A program made the translations under genes and the position numbers. Under the pieces are notes generated by a model, which saw only the letters and a program-made list of their open reading frames with translations, had not been told where the DNA came from and did no database searches. Below, piece by piece: positions 31,605 through 41,629 of a stretch of DNA of 64,000 nt (the stretch's first letter is position 1; the number at the start of each line of letters is the position of its first letter). The DNA lies in contig CAVPZX010000001.1 of NCBI GenBank assembly GCA_963710375.1, positions 1 to 64,000 of the forward strand. Reading direction: 5' to 3'. The DNA comes from Nitrospirota bacterium. GTDB lineage: Bacteria; Nitrospirota; Thermodesulfovibrionia; Thermodesulfovibrionales; Dissulfurispiraceae.

Positions 31605-31846
31605 CGGAGCGTTCCGACAACGGAATTACAAAAAAAGATTCTCCCCGGTTCGGCCAGATAGCAGTCGAGAAGGGCTTTATCACTCCTGAACAGCTCAAAC
31701 TGGCCCTGTCTGAACAGGTCGATGACGACCTGCTCAAAAATTCTCATAGGCTCATAGGCAGCATATTTTTTGATAAGGGATGGATGACCTTTCAGGAGAT
31801 AGAATCGGTTTTAAAAGAGCTGTTTAAAGAGATAAACCAAAAATAG
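31601..31846 (+). CDS. Stand-alone MshEN-like (putative c-di-GMP-binding) small protein
   Basis: RFGQIAVEKGFITPEQLKLALSEQ followed by LIGSIFFDKGWMT fits the tandem RLGxxLxxxGxIxxxxLxxxLxxQ motif. Confidence 0.72.
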   Translation: MTERSDNGITKKDSPRFGQIAVEKGFITPEQLKLALSEQVDDDLLKNSHRLIGSIFFDKGWMTFQEIESVLKELFKEINQK

Positions 31847-31950
31847 GCAATAGGCTATAGGCTATTGGCAATAGGAAAAGAAAAAGATTTTTTTGTGTTC
31901 AGTTGACTGATTGCCGCTCGCCTATTGCCTATTGCCCATTGCCTATAGCC
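31842..31950. repeat. Intergenic heptamer-repeat hairpin, (AATAGGC)n ... (GCCTATT)n
   Basis: AATAGGC AATAGGC TATAGGC TATTGGC AATAGG ... GCCTATT GCCTATT GCCCATT GCCTATA GCC, abutting the ampG ATG. Confidence 0.85.
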
Positions 31951-33189
31951 ATGTTTAATAAATATCTTCAGGTATTTCACAGCCGCCGTATTGCAACGGT
32001 TATGTTGCTCGGATTCTCTTCAGGACTGCCACTTGCCCTGACGGGCGGAACATTGCAGGCGTGGATGGCGGTTGCGGGAGTGGATCTTCGCACTATCGGT
32101 GTGTTCGCACTTGCCGGACTGCCGTACACATTGAAGTTCATCTGGTCGCCTATTATGGACCGTTTCATACCCCCATGGCTTGGCAGAAGGAGAGGGTGGA
32201 TACTTATCGCACAGATATGTCTTGTTGCTGGCATAGCTGCGATGGCATTTGGTTCTCCACGGCAGTACCCTCTTGTCATGGGAGCACTCGCTCTGCTGGT
32301 CGCTTTTGCGTCCGCATCTCAGGACATTGTCGTTGACGCTTATCGGACAGATGTTCTGCATGAGAAGGAGCGAGGCGCTGGCGCTGCGGTTTCTGTTATG
32401 GGCTACCGCATTGCAATGATTGTTTCGAGTGCGGTGGCGCTGATCCTTGCCGACAGAATAGGATGGCGCTATACATATCTTCTTATGTCGATCATAATGA
32501 TTGCCGGCATGGCTGCAACTGTAATGGGTCCGGAGCCTGAGGGGGCAATAGCTCCCCCGAAGAACATTCGGGAGGCGGCGTGGGGACCGCTTAAAGATTT
32601 TTTCTCTCGCAGATCGGCTTTTACCCTCATACTGGTAATTGTGCTGTATAAACTCGGTGATGCGTATGCAGGGACCCTTACGACAGCGTTTCTGATAAGA
32701 GGATTGGGATTTTCGCTGACCGATGTGGGTACGATCAATAAAAGTCTGGGTCTCGTCTCACTGATAATCGGGGCATTGTTCGGCGGAACGCTCATGGTAC
32801 GGCTCGGACTCTACAAATCATTGATGCTGTTCGGCATTCTGCAGGCGTCATCTATCCTGTTGTTTATGGCACTTGCCCTGGCAGGCAAAAGCTATCTCAT
32901 GATGATTGTCGCCGTTGCCTTTGAGAACCTCTGCGGCGGTATGGGAACGGCTGCGTTCGTCTCTCTTCTGATGGCATTGTGCAACCACCGCTACAGTGCA
33001 ACCCAATATGCCTTGCTGTCGTCTCTCGCCTCGTTAGGGAGGATATTTATAGCGCCCTCATCTGGATATGTTGTTGAACTGGTGGGCTGGCCCCGGTTTT
33101 TTCTTCTCGCCACTATATCTGCAATTCCGGGACTGCTGCTCTTAAGGTTGGTGAGAGGGGATATAATGGCATTAAGGCATGAAACATAA
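31951..33189 (+). CDS. ampG: AmpG-family muropeptide MFS permease
   Basis: LGFSSGLP, PYTLKFIWSP, LGRRRGW, SASQDIVVDAYR, LYKLGD, SATQYALLSS. Confidence 0.95.
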   Translation: MFNKYLQVFHSRRIATVMLLGFSSGLPLALTGGTLQAWMAVAGVDLRTIGVFALAGLPYTLKFIWSPIMDRFIPPWLGRRRGWILIAQICLVAGIAAMAFGSPRQYPLVMGALALLVAFASASQDIVVDAYRTDVLHEKERGAGAAVSVMGYRIAMIVSSAVALILADRIGWRYTYLLMSIIMIAGMAATVMGPEPEGAIAPPKNIREAAWGPLKDFFSRRSAFTLILVIVLYKLGDAYAGTLTTAFLIRGLGFSLTDVGTINKSLGLVSLIIGALFGGTLMVRLGLYKSLMLFGILQASSILLFMALALAGKSYLMMIVAVAFENLCGGMGTAAFVSLLMALCNHRYSATQYALLSSLASLGRIFIAPSSGYVVELVGWPRFFLLATISAIPGLLLLRLVRGDIMALRHET

Positions 33190-33214
33190 GGGCTTAACGA
33201 CCATCTATCATGTT

Positions 33215-33784
33215 TTATTTAAAATATTTTTTCATCTCTCCTGGATATAATTTGCGCTCGCCGGGAGGCGATACACTTTCTGCCGTTTTCCATTTCTCCG
33301 GTTGCGGCTCAAAACCTTCTTTCGTGACCTCTGTCGGCGATATGTCGGCCATTACCGGATTGTTTCGGACATCAAAATATTGCGAGTTGCAGCTAAATTC
33401 GAGTGAAATTCCGTTCGGGTCAAAGGTGAACACTGAGTGAATGAAACCATTATCGATCATCTCCGAAACCCAGATATCCTGGGCCTCCAGTTTTTCTTTA
33501 ATCTGCCAGAGCGCATCATCATTTTCGACGCCTAGTGAGACATGATCAAAAACGAGAGGGCCTTTGGCAACACTGCCGGCATCCTTCTCCTCGATTGGTT
33601 CTACATCGGGCCACTCGAAAAAAGCCGCAAGGCAGGTTCCGGCGACCTCGAAGAAATACTGCCGGTATCCAGGCTTGCCGAGCGCCGCGACTAGCCTCAT
33701 GCCGAGCAAGTCCCTCCAGAAGCGGACCGTCATATCCATGTCCTTCGTTACCATGGCGAGATGATGGACTCCATTGTATTTCAT
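33215..33784 (-). CDS. VOC/glyoxalase family protein
   Basis: GVHHLAM..FWRDLLGM, FDHVSL, FTFDPNGISLE. Confidence 0.88.
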   Translation of the reverse strand: MKYNGVHHLAMVTKDMDMTVRFWRDLLGMRLVAALGKPGYRQYFFEVAGTCLAAFFEWPDVEPIEEKDAGSVAKGPLVFDHVSLGVENDDALWQIKEKLEAQDIWVSEMIDNGFIHSVFTFDPNGISLEFSCNSQYFDVRNNPVMADISPTEVTKEGFEPQPEKWKTAESVSPPGERKLYPGEMKKYFK

Positions 33785-33941
33785 CGTTCCTCCTAAATGC
33801 TTTCTATATGATCATTATTTACCACCGCTTAATCTATATTCAAGTATTCATCTGAATAGAATTTTTGGTTCTGTTGCAAGAAAAAGTTTTTCCGATAAAA
33901 ATAGGGTAGACTGTATAGTATGAATTAAAGGAGGAATCACC

Positions 33942-34865
33942 CTGCAGTCCGAAACCTTCACATTCAGAGATCCCCAGGGTATCGAAATCTTTGTTCATAG
34001 GTGGCTGCCCGATACTAAGTTAAAACCTAAAGCAGTGGTGCAAATCTCCCATGGTATGGCTGAAACATCGGCCCGTTATGAAAGATTTGCCAAAGCCTTG
34101 ACTGAAGCCGGATATATAGTATATGCGAACGATCATCGCGGCCACGGCCGGACGGCTAAAAATCTAGCTAACGTAGGATATATGGGCAAAGACGGTTTCA
34201 ATTGGGCGGTAAAAGACCTGCACCAGTTAACCCTAATCATCAAAGAGGAAAAGGCCGGTCTGCCAATTTTTTTGTTGGGGCATAGCATGGGCTCATATTT
34301 GACGCAACAATATATTTACCGGTATGGTTCTGGGTTAAAAGGCGCAATTCTCTCCGGCACCAGCGGCAAAAAAGGTTCCATCCTGGACATGGGGATTGTC
34401 CTGGCGAGATTAATAATGCTCTTCAAAGGTGCCAAGAGCGCCAGCCCGCTTCTTAGTGTAATGACTTTTGGCAGTTATAATGACCGATTCAAACCCAACC
34501 GCACCAATTTCGACTGGTTAAGCCGGGATAATGCGGAAGTTGACAAATACATCAGCGATCCGTTTTGCGGAACACTATTTAGCGCGGGGTTTTTTTATGA
34601 TTTATTTCGTGGACTGAAAGACATTCACCGGATCCAAAATCAACAAAAAATCTCTAAAAATTTACCGCTTTACCTCTTCTCCGGCATTATGGACCCGGTG
34701 GGCAATTACACTAAAAGCGTTGTCCAATTGATCCAGACCTATCAAATATTAAAATTGTCGGATGTAGCATATAAATTCTATCCAGGCGGCAGGCATGAAA
34801 TGCTCAATGAGATCAACAGGGATGAAGTGACCCAAAATATAATAGATTGGCTGAACGCTCATTAA
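33942..34865 (+). CDS. Alpha/beta hydrolase (lysophospholipase / Hydrolase_4 family), probable CTG start
   Basis: HGMAE, DHRGHG, GHSMGS, DPVG, RHEMLNE. Strong RBS AAGGAGGA precedes an in-frame CTG at 33942. Confidence 0.88.
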   Translation: MQSETFTFRDPQGIEIFVHRWLPDTKLKPKAVVQISHGMAETSARYERFAKALTEAGYIVYANDHRGHGRTAKNLANVGYMGKDGFNWAVKDLHQLTLIIKEEKAGLPIFLLGHSMGSYLTQQYIYRYGSGLKGAILSGTSGKKGSILDMGIVLARLIMLFKGAKSASPLLSVMTFGSYNDRFKPNRTNFDWLSRDNAEVDKYISDPFCGTLFSAGFFYDLFRGLKDIHRIQNQQKISKNLPLYLFSGIMDPVGNYTKSVVQLIQTYQILKLSDVAYKFYPGGRHEMLNEINRDEVTQNIIDWLNAH

Positions 34866-35038
34866 ATAACTTTTATAGTTATCAAGGGGAAAAAAGAACT
34901 CAGAAGGAAAAGCATAGGGTTGATTATGTTCCATCTGTTATGCTAAAAAATTGGGTATAGAATGCTGCAGCTGGGGAACGCAGCTGAAAAAAATGACATT
35001 TTTGATAATAAATATACCAGCATTGAGGGAGGACAATT

Positions 35039-36688
35039 ATGAGCAGTACTAACGATCAATACCGGGCCGGGCTGGACAAGAACAAGGCTAATTATGCGCA
35101 GCTAACCCCGCTCTCATTCATCGATCGCACGGCGAGCGTGTATCCCGACAGGATGGCGGTTATCCATGGCGCTCAGCGATACACGTGGAAGGAAACCTAC
35201 GCCCGCTGCCGTCGCCTAGCCTCCGCGCTCGCAAAGCGCGGGATAGGAGTTGGTGACACGGTCTCAGCGATGCTGCCCAACATTCCGTCCATGTACGAGG
35301 CGCAATTCGGCGTACCGATGTGCGGTGCAGTGCTGAACACGATGAATACACGGCTGGATGCCGAGGCGATTGCGTTCATGCTCAACCATGCAGAGTCGAA
35401 GGTACTGATTGCGGATAGGGAATACTCGGAGACGGTTGCCAAGGTGCTGCAGATGCTGGGACGCCCAATACTGGTGGTGGATGTGGACGATCCCGAGTAC
35501 TCCGGTCCTGGCGTGCGTGTCGGCAGTCTGGAGTATGAGACGCTGCTCGCTGAAGGGGACCCGGAATATCCGTGGAATGGGCCGGAAGACGAATGGGATG
35601 CGATATCACTCAACTATACATCCGGCACCACCGGAAACCCAAAGGGCGTGGTGTACCACCACCGCGGCGCTTATCTTAACGCTCTCGGCAACATTGTGGC
35701 GTGGGCTATGCCGCACTATGCGGTGTATCTCTGGACGCTGCCGATGTTTCATTGCAACGGCTGGTGTTTTCCCTGGACGTTGGCTGCGAACGCCGGCACC
35801 AGCGTGTGCTTGCGCAAAGTCGATGCGGCAATGATCTTCGGACTCATCAAAGAGCACCGGGTGACGCACTACTGTGGCGCCCCGGTTGTCCACACCGCAC
35901 TGATCAACGCCCCCTCCGAGCTGAAAAAAGGCATCGACTGGAAGGTCAGTGCTTTCATTGCGGGTGCGGCGCCGCCAGTTGCGATCATTGAGGGGATGGA
36001 GAAAATGGGCTTCTCGATCACCCACGTCTACGGGCTCACCGAGACATACGGCCCTGCCACGGTATGCGCGAAACATACCGAGTGGGATGGTCTGCCGCTT
36101 GCCGAGCAGGCGAGGCTGAATGGCAGGCAAGGGGTGCGCTATCCTGTCGAGGAGGGGGTCACGGTTATGCATCCCTTGACGATGAAGCCTGTACCACAGG
36201 ACGGTGAGACGATAGGGGAGATCATGTTCCGCGGAAACATCGTTATGAAGGGATACCTGAAGAACCCTAAGGCAACCCAGGAGGCGTTCGCCGGCGGCTG
36301 GTTCCACTCCGGCGACCTCGCGGTGATGTACCCGGACGGTTACATCAAGATAAAGGACCGCTCTAAGGACGTAATCATCTCTGGCGGCGAGAACATCAGC
36401 TCGCTCGAGGTGGAGGACGTGCTGTACCAGCATCCGGCTGTGTTGGCCGCAGCAGTGGTGGCGCAGGCGGACACGAAATGGGGTGAGACCCCATGCGCGT
36501 TCGTCGAACTGAAGCAGGGTGCGAAAACCTCCGAATCCGAGATCATCGAGTTCTGCAGACAACACCTTGCTCGCTTCAAAGTTCCTAAATGCATTGTGTT
36601 CGGCGAGTTGCCGCGGACTTCGACCGGCAAGGTGCAGAAATATATTTTGCGCCAGCGAGCCAAATCGTCCGAGGCGATAGACACTTAA
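35039..36688 (+). CDS. Acyl-CoA synthetase (AMP-binding family)
   Basis: YTSGTTGNPKG, LPMFHCNGW, YGLTET, WFHSGD, DRSKDVIISGGENI, PRTSTGK. Confidence 0.95.
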   Translation: MSSTNDQYRAGLDKNKANYAQLTPLSFIDRTASVYPDRMAVIHGAQRYTWKETYARCRRLASALAKRGIGVGDTVSAMLPNIPSMYEAQFGVPMCGAVLNTMNTRLDAEAIAFMLNHAESKVLIADREYSETVAKVLQMLGRPILVVDVDDPEYSGPGVRVGSLEYETLLAEGDPEYPWNGPEDEWDAISLNYTSGTTGNPKGVVYHHRGAYLNALGNIVAWAMPHYAVYLWTLPMFHCNGWCFPWTLAANAGTSVCLRKVDAAMIFGLIKEHRVTHYCGAPVVHTALINAPSELKKGIDWKVSAFIAGAAPPVAIIEGMEKMGFSITHVYGLTETYGPATVCAKHTEWDGLPLAEQARLNGRQGVRYPVEEGVTVMHPLTMKPVPQDGETIGEIMFRGNIVMKGYLKNPKATQEAFAGGWFHSGDLAVMYPDGYIKIKDRSKDVIISGGENISSLEVEDVLYQHPAVLAAAVVAQADTKWGETPCAFVELKQGAKTSESEIIEFCRQHLARFKVPKCIVFGELPRTSTGKVQKYILRQRAKSSEAIDT

Positions 36689-36764
36689 GGAGAATTCTAA
36701 AACCTGAACACAAGAGAAGTCAGGCCGTGCAGAGATTTGCTGTCCAGCTTCCCGTCGGACATTC

Positions 36765-36869
36765 TCAGGGTAGCAACTTCGGCCATGCAATAAGGCCGGT
36801 CGCTTTTGCGGCTTCCCACAGTTGCAGGTCGTAGCTCGCCAGCGTAACCGGATCACCAAGCATGTCCTG
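36765..36869 (-). pseudogene. C-terminal remnant resembling a VapC/PIN-domain toxin
   Basis: QDMLGDPVTLASYDLQLWEAAKATGLIAWP resembles the PIN C-terminal 'LATFDxxLxxAAxxxG' segment; recognised from memory, not by search. Confidence 0.5.
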
Positions 36870-37095
36870 AATATGATGAGGGGCACGAGTTGAAATGCTC
36901 AGGGTTCATTTCAAGACTGCACCGACAAACAAACGTTTCAGCAGTGAGGGCTTCGACAACAGCTGCTCACAGCAATCATGCGTGCGATCTTTTTCATGAA
37001 GTGCGCTGGTTATTTTTGAAAATTCGCTGGTGTTGCATCGTCAAATGTCAAGGGCTGACGCCGCTTCTGCTTACTTCTGCCCGCACCGCCGTATC

Positions 37096-38232
37096 TCAGC
37101 CTCTGAAAATATCGAAAGGCTCTATCTTGACCACCTTCCTTATCCCTATATAACTTGAAACCCCGGCTATAATGAGTACCATGACAAACGCCAACCCGAG
37201 ATTCCAAAAAGTTATTCTGGCCGCGTAACTGGGCAGCCTGAGTCTTGCCATGGCTATCACGAGAGAGGCAAAGCCGACACCCAGACCGTAACCGGCAAGG
37301 GCCGTAAAAGTCGTCTGGAACATTATCATGTAGATCAGCTCTTTCCCTTTTGCCCCAACCGCCTTCAAGGCCCCGAATTTATCAAGATTCTCAAGGATGA
37401 AGGTATAGAAGGTCTGGGCGGAAAGCGATAAGCCTACAACGAAACTTATTACCGTCATTACCAGAACAATAGTTCCAGCACTTGTCTGATATTTATAAAA
37501 GTCAGAGATCCTCTGCTTGAACTCATCCGCTGTCAACGCCAAATATCCAAGGTCTCTCACTTGCTCTTTGATGTATGGAACTGCATCGAGGCTCTTGGGC
37601 TCTACCAAGACATATGAGATGGTAAATCTACTATTAGGTATGTACTGAACAGCTCTATCATAAGTGGTATAAAGGGTAGGGATTCCGAACAGGCCGCTAC
37701 TAGTTACTTTGGCGATGCCGATAATGACCCCTCTGTGGTCGTTTACCTCGAACTCTGTGCCGAGCCTGGGATTGCCGAGTTTAGGGAATTCCGCATCCTT
37801 GACCACAATGAAGGAGTTTTCAGCATAGATGTCCTCGATATGCCCCTCTATAAGGTTGGGCCTCCCAAAGAGGCTTGCATCATCCAGTCCAATGACATTT
37901 ACGGATTGATAGGTCCCGTTCCGCAGCTTGACAAGGGCTCCTCCAGAATACAACGGCACTGCGTATTTGACGCCGCTGATGCTCCGCACCGCATCAAGAA
38001 CATAATCGGGCATAGGGATAGTGTTCGCAACGGTATTTACAGACGAGTCCATCACCCAGATCTTGGACCCCACATTTATTACCGTTGCAGACGCCCTGTG
38101 CAGAATGCCGGCGAACATCGACGTCATCATAAGCATCAGAAAGATAGCAAATATTATCCCGACGAGCAAGGCAGCGAATTTGCTTTTGTCATTTACCAAT
38201 AGCTTATATGCTATTTTCAGGATTCCCTTCAT
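37096..38232 (-). CDS. ABC transporter permease (FtsX/MacB, DevC-like), orphan
   Basis: N-terminal TM, periplasmic domain, FGALKAVGA and three C-terminal TMs ending IEPFDIFRG. Confidence 0.88.
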   Translation of the reverse strand: MKGILKIAYKLLVNDKSKFAALLVGIIFAIFLMLMMTSMFAGILHRASATVINVGSKIWVMDSSVNTVANTIPMPDYVLDAVRSISGVKYAVPLYSGGALVKLRNGTYQSVNVIGLDDASLFGRPNLIEGHIEDIYAENSFIVVKDAEFPKLGNPRLGTEFEVNDHRGVIIGIAKVTSSGLFGIPTLYTTYDRAVQYIPNSRFTISYVLVEPKSLDAVPYIKEQVRDLGYLALTADEFKQRISDFYKYQTSAGTIVLVMTVISFVVGLSLSAQTFYTFILENLDKFGALKAVGAKGKELIYMIMFQTTFTALAGYGLGVGFASLVIAMARLRLPSYAARITFWNLGLAFVMVLIIAGVSSYIGIRKVVKIEPFDIFRG

Positions 38233-38399
38233 AGCTTGCCCTCTATCAGGGACTTACCGGGCGTTTGTAAAAGGAAGGAAGATATAGGTATTCTTATACT
38301 CATAGATGCGCGAAGTTAACTTCTGAATTAAAAGTTTTACGTTTAGCCTCTAAATAGACCACAGTTTGACTTTTTTTTATTTTGAACTCTTAGTTTTGC

Positions 38400-38558
38400 T
38401 TATTCTTTTGCCTCATGCCATCTTGTATTAGACCTCTCAACGGTGCGCTTTCTTGATACAGCAGCATCAATATCTTTCGCATGAACGCTTATTTCACGGG
38501 TCTTTATAATACGTTCGGCTTCAAGCCAGTGATCGACATCCCTGCCTGAACCCTGCCG
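38400..38558 (-). pseudogene. DUF2934-like remnant without start codon
   Basis: RQGSGRDVDHWLEAERII resembles the DUF2934 G.D..DWLEAE motif. Confidence 0.4.
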
Positions 38559-38931
38559 CCTCCAGTTTATAACGATGATTTTAATTGGGCGAAAACAACT
38601 TTCTTCTTCATGTTCAGATTATAGCAAGCCGATTGTGAATTGCAACTAATCGGATAGTAGGGCCTCTGCATTGATTAAGGTCGTACTCAGCGGTTTTTGA
38701 AAGCGCATCTCATGCGCGGCATACAGGAAAGACGTTTTGAAACTCGACTCCACCGAACTCCTTCATTATGGTAGGTTTGAGCCATGGAGCTGTATTATTA
38801 ATTTAAACTTTGATGTGTCCATTTATTCCCGAGCCCGATATATCCCAATCGCCTGTTATAGATAATAACTTAACTATTTTAAACATTTTGAAAAGCGCGG
38901 ACTAGGAGGAAGAAGTTGAAAATAGAGTCGA

Positions 38932-39213
38932 TTACTTAAGTGCGCCGTGTAATTCTTCTTCTACCTTCTCAGACAAGAAAATCTTCAGGAGCGACTGGTA
39001 AGGAACATCCCTTTTGTTCGCAAGTAACTTAAGATGTTCAATGAGAGATTCGGGCAGACGAATCGAGATTGTCTTAGTCGATGGCTTTAAGTTCGGAAAA
39101 ACAACACGTTTTGCCGTCGAGTAGTCAATATACTCAGTGGAATCATGAGTTGACCAAAACTCAGCTTCCTCTGCTTCGGTTTTAAACTTGGGTATCTTCT
39201 TGAGTCTGCTCAT
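38932..39213 (-). CDS. BrnA/CopG-family (RHH) antitoxin
   Basis: IPKFKTEAEEAEFWSTHD, TISIRLP..LKLLANKRDVPYQSL. Confidence 0.9.
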   Translation of the reverse strand: MSRLKKIPKFKTEAEEAEFWSTHDSTEYIDYSTAKRVVFPNLKPSTKTISIRLPESLIEHLKLLANKRDVPYQSLLKIFLSEKVEEELHGALK

Positions 39214-39505
39214 ATGCTTTTTTCTCCTTCCGGTTCATGTCACGTGCCGATATTATTCTAATCTTAGCTCCCCTCAAAGTGAAAACAACAAAGAGCAATC
39301 TATCAGAATCTGTTTTACCCAATACAAAGTATCTGTCCTCACTTGTAGAGTGCGGCTCATCTCTTTTAAAAATAATCGGATCGTTAAAAAATATCTCTTC
39401 ACACTCGATATGAGAGACTCGATGTTTTTCCCAGTTCTTGTTGATATTTCCTTCATCCCAATCGAAACCTTCAGAACGAGATAATATGTCGATCCAATCT
39501 TTCAT
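39182..39505 (-). CDS. BrnT-family (DUF497) ribonuclease toxin
   Basis: FDWDEGNINKNWEKH, HSTSEDRY, LFVVFTLR..IRIISAR. Confidence 0.92.
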   Translation of the reverse strand: MKDWIDILSRSEGFDWDEGNINKNWEKHRVSHIECEEIFFNDPIIFKRDEPHSTSEDRYFVLGKTDSDRLLFVVFTLRGAKIRIISARDMNRKEKKAYEQTQEDTQV

Positions 39506-39519
39506 GCTAGTATATTATC

Positions 39520-39548
39520 AATATATACAAAAGATGGCATCTTGTCAA
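39520..39548 (-). promoter_or_regulatory. Sigma70 promoter of the TA operon with an overlapping palindromic operator
   Basis: TTGACA-17 bp-TATATT on the minus strand; palindrome AAGATG-G-CATCTT at 39531-39543. Confidence 0.65.
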
Positions 39549-39758
39549 TCCTTTTAGAGCTTTTTAATCGTTTATTTACATAAGTAACATGCAAAAGGCT
39601 ATGAATTTGCAAAGATGCGAGTTGCAGGAAGAACCGCGCAAAAATTACTTTAGAATATTTAGTTATGTACTGATGGTGCTTCGCTCAGATTAATCGAATC
39701 TCTTTCACTGACACAGCCAATTGTAGCAGGAATATTCAAGCGGAACTGTCGTTTTGAA

Positions 39759-40502
39759 TCAGCTCCGGTACATTCCTCCGTTAATATTAATTGTCTGCCC
39801 TGTAATATAACCGTTGCGAACAAGCATGAGGGCTACGTCGGCTATTTCCTCAATAGTGCCGAAACGGCCCACCGGCACACGGTCGGGCTTTAGTTGTGGA
39901 AGGCCGGCGAGCATGTCAGTGATGACCGGACCCGGAGCGATCGCATTTACTGTGATGCCTTCCTTTGCCAGGTGAGCAGCGTAATAATGAGTCAATCCGA
40001 GAATGCCGGCCTTCGATGCGGCGTAATGAGGACCGACAGCTCCACCTATCTGTGCGGCGACCGATGAAAGGCTGACTATACGACCCCATTTCAGATTTCG
40101 CATGCCGGGAAGCACCGCCTGGATTGTCAGAAATGCAGATGTGAGATTAACGGCAATTGTGTCATTCCAGTCTTTTTCAGTTATATCTTCGATCGAATGG
40201 GTTATCCCGATTCCGGCATTGTTCACGAGGATGGATGGCTGGCCGAGTTCTTTTTCCACGATGTGAATCATGCGGTCGACATCAGCCGGCACTGATACAT
40301 CTGCTTTGACTGCCACAGCAAGACGACCGAGCCCCCTGATCTGAGCTATGACCTCCGCCGCTTCGCTGTCACGACTCCTGTAGTTGATGGCGATATTTGC
40401 GCCTGCGCCGGCAAGTGCAAGGGCTATGGCCCGTCCGATGCCCCGGCTCGCCCCGGTTACCAGAGCCACTTTACCTGTCAAATCGTCCACGGGATTCTCC
40501 AT
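39759..40502 (-). CDS. SDR oxidoreductase (FabG-like)
   Basis: TGASRGIG, NNAG, YAASK, VNAIAPG. Confidence 0.93.
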   Translation of the reverse strand: MENPVDDLTGKVALVTGASRGIGRAIALALAGAGANIAINYRSRDSEAAEVIAQIRGLGRLAVAVKADVSVPADVDRMIHIVEKELGQPSILVNNAGIGITHSIEDITEKDWNDTIAVNLTSAFLTIQAVLPGMRNLKWGRIVSLSSVAAQIGGAVGPHYAASKAGILGLTHYYAAHLAKEGITVNAIAPGPVITDMLAGLPQLKPDRVPVGRFGTIEEIADVALMLVRNGYITGQTININGGMYRS

Positions 40503-40724
40503 TCGGCCTCCTGTATCAGTTATTCAAGCATAGCCATTTTCTGCTATGGCGCTATTGTCCAGTTTTGTGGCTATGTAAATTATATCGCCCGCCCGGGTGT
40601 TAATCAACCAGTTTCTTTTCCCTGTGTCGGCCCTCGGCTCTATGTTCTCATACCGCCTTTTTATTTTGTCAGATCGCCATCTTTTAAATAGATGATGTAG
40701 AATATTGAAAGAAGGAGCGGAAAG

Positions 40725-41603
40725 ATGATCCTGGTTGTCCACGGAGGGGCGGGGAGTAAGAGGCCAACGATAAATGCACTGAAGAAGATTTCTGAATCTC
40801 TTTCATCCGGATACAAAGTGTTGCACAAAGGTGGAACCGCACTCGACGCCGTGGTAAAATCTATAACCATCCTTGAAGATTCCGGAGTTTTTAATGCAGG
40901 CTCAGGAGGGAATCTGCAACTTGACGGTGTTAGAAGACTGGACGCATCCCTCATGGAGGGTGTCAACTTCAAGGTTGGGGCCGCCATAGGTATTGAAGGG
41001 GTAAAAAACCCGATTCAACTGGCGAGGATTATAATGGACTTGCCCAATGTGATATTGACTAATAGGGGGGCAAAAAAAATTGCGGATGCGCATCAACTCG
41101 CGCGCCTACCCCAAGCGGATAAGACAGCATTAAAGAGACTGAAGAAAGCATATAGGGAAGAAGAGCAGGTGCGACGGCTTTATGAAGAATATTTTTCTAC
41201 GGTTGGCGCAGTTGCATTAGACAACTCCGGCGCATTGGCTGCCGGTTCGTCTACCGGCGGAATACACGCAATGCTTCCGGGGAGGGTAGGCGATACGCCC
41301 ATTATCGGAGCTGGTGTTTATGCGGAAAATCCAGTTGGGGCTGTCGCATGTACAGGCCAAGGCGAGTGCATTCTTAGGCTTGCCCTCGCAAAGGAAATAT
41401 GCATGAATCTAAAAGTGAAGACTCCTCTCAGGGCAGCGCGCTATTCTCTGAAAAGGCTTCTGAACTTAGGAGGCAGGGCAGGCGTTATTGTGATAAATGA
41501 GAAAGGCCAATTTGCTATTTTGCATTCCACGCCATTTTTGGCAGCCGGGCATGTCAGCAAAAAAGGATCAGTAATCAAAGAACGATTTGGGATCCTGGTC
41601 TGA
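40725..41603 (+). CDS. Isoaspartyl peptidase / L-asparaginase (Ntn hydrolase)
   Basis: VHGGAG, FNAGSG, TVGAVA, STGG, GRVGDTP, TGQGE. Confidence 0.92.
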   Translation: MILVVHGGAGSKRPTINALKKISESLSSGYKVLHKGGTALDAVVKSITILEDSGVFNAGSGGNLQLDGVRRLDASLMEGVNFKVGAAIGIEGVKNPIQLARIIMDLPNVILTNRGAKKIADAHQLARLPQADKTALKRLKKAYREEEQVRRLYEEYFSTVGAVALDNSGALAAGSSTGGIHAMLPGRVGDTPIIGAGVYAENPVGAVACTGQGECILRLALAKEICMNLKVKTPLRAARYSLKRLLNLGGRAGVIVINEKGQFAILHSTPFLAAGHVSKKGSVIKERFGILV

Positions 41604-41629
41604 AACAATCATCGGAGAAGAGAGCACCT

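Noticed and set aside
7850..31950. CRISPR array
   Set aside because: Repeats are 6-7-nt tandem units without unique spacers; no cas genes.
35606..36886. 426-aa minus-strand ORF and other long antisense ORFs
   Set aside because: Shadow frames of well-supported genes on the opposite strand; no recognisable motifs.
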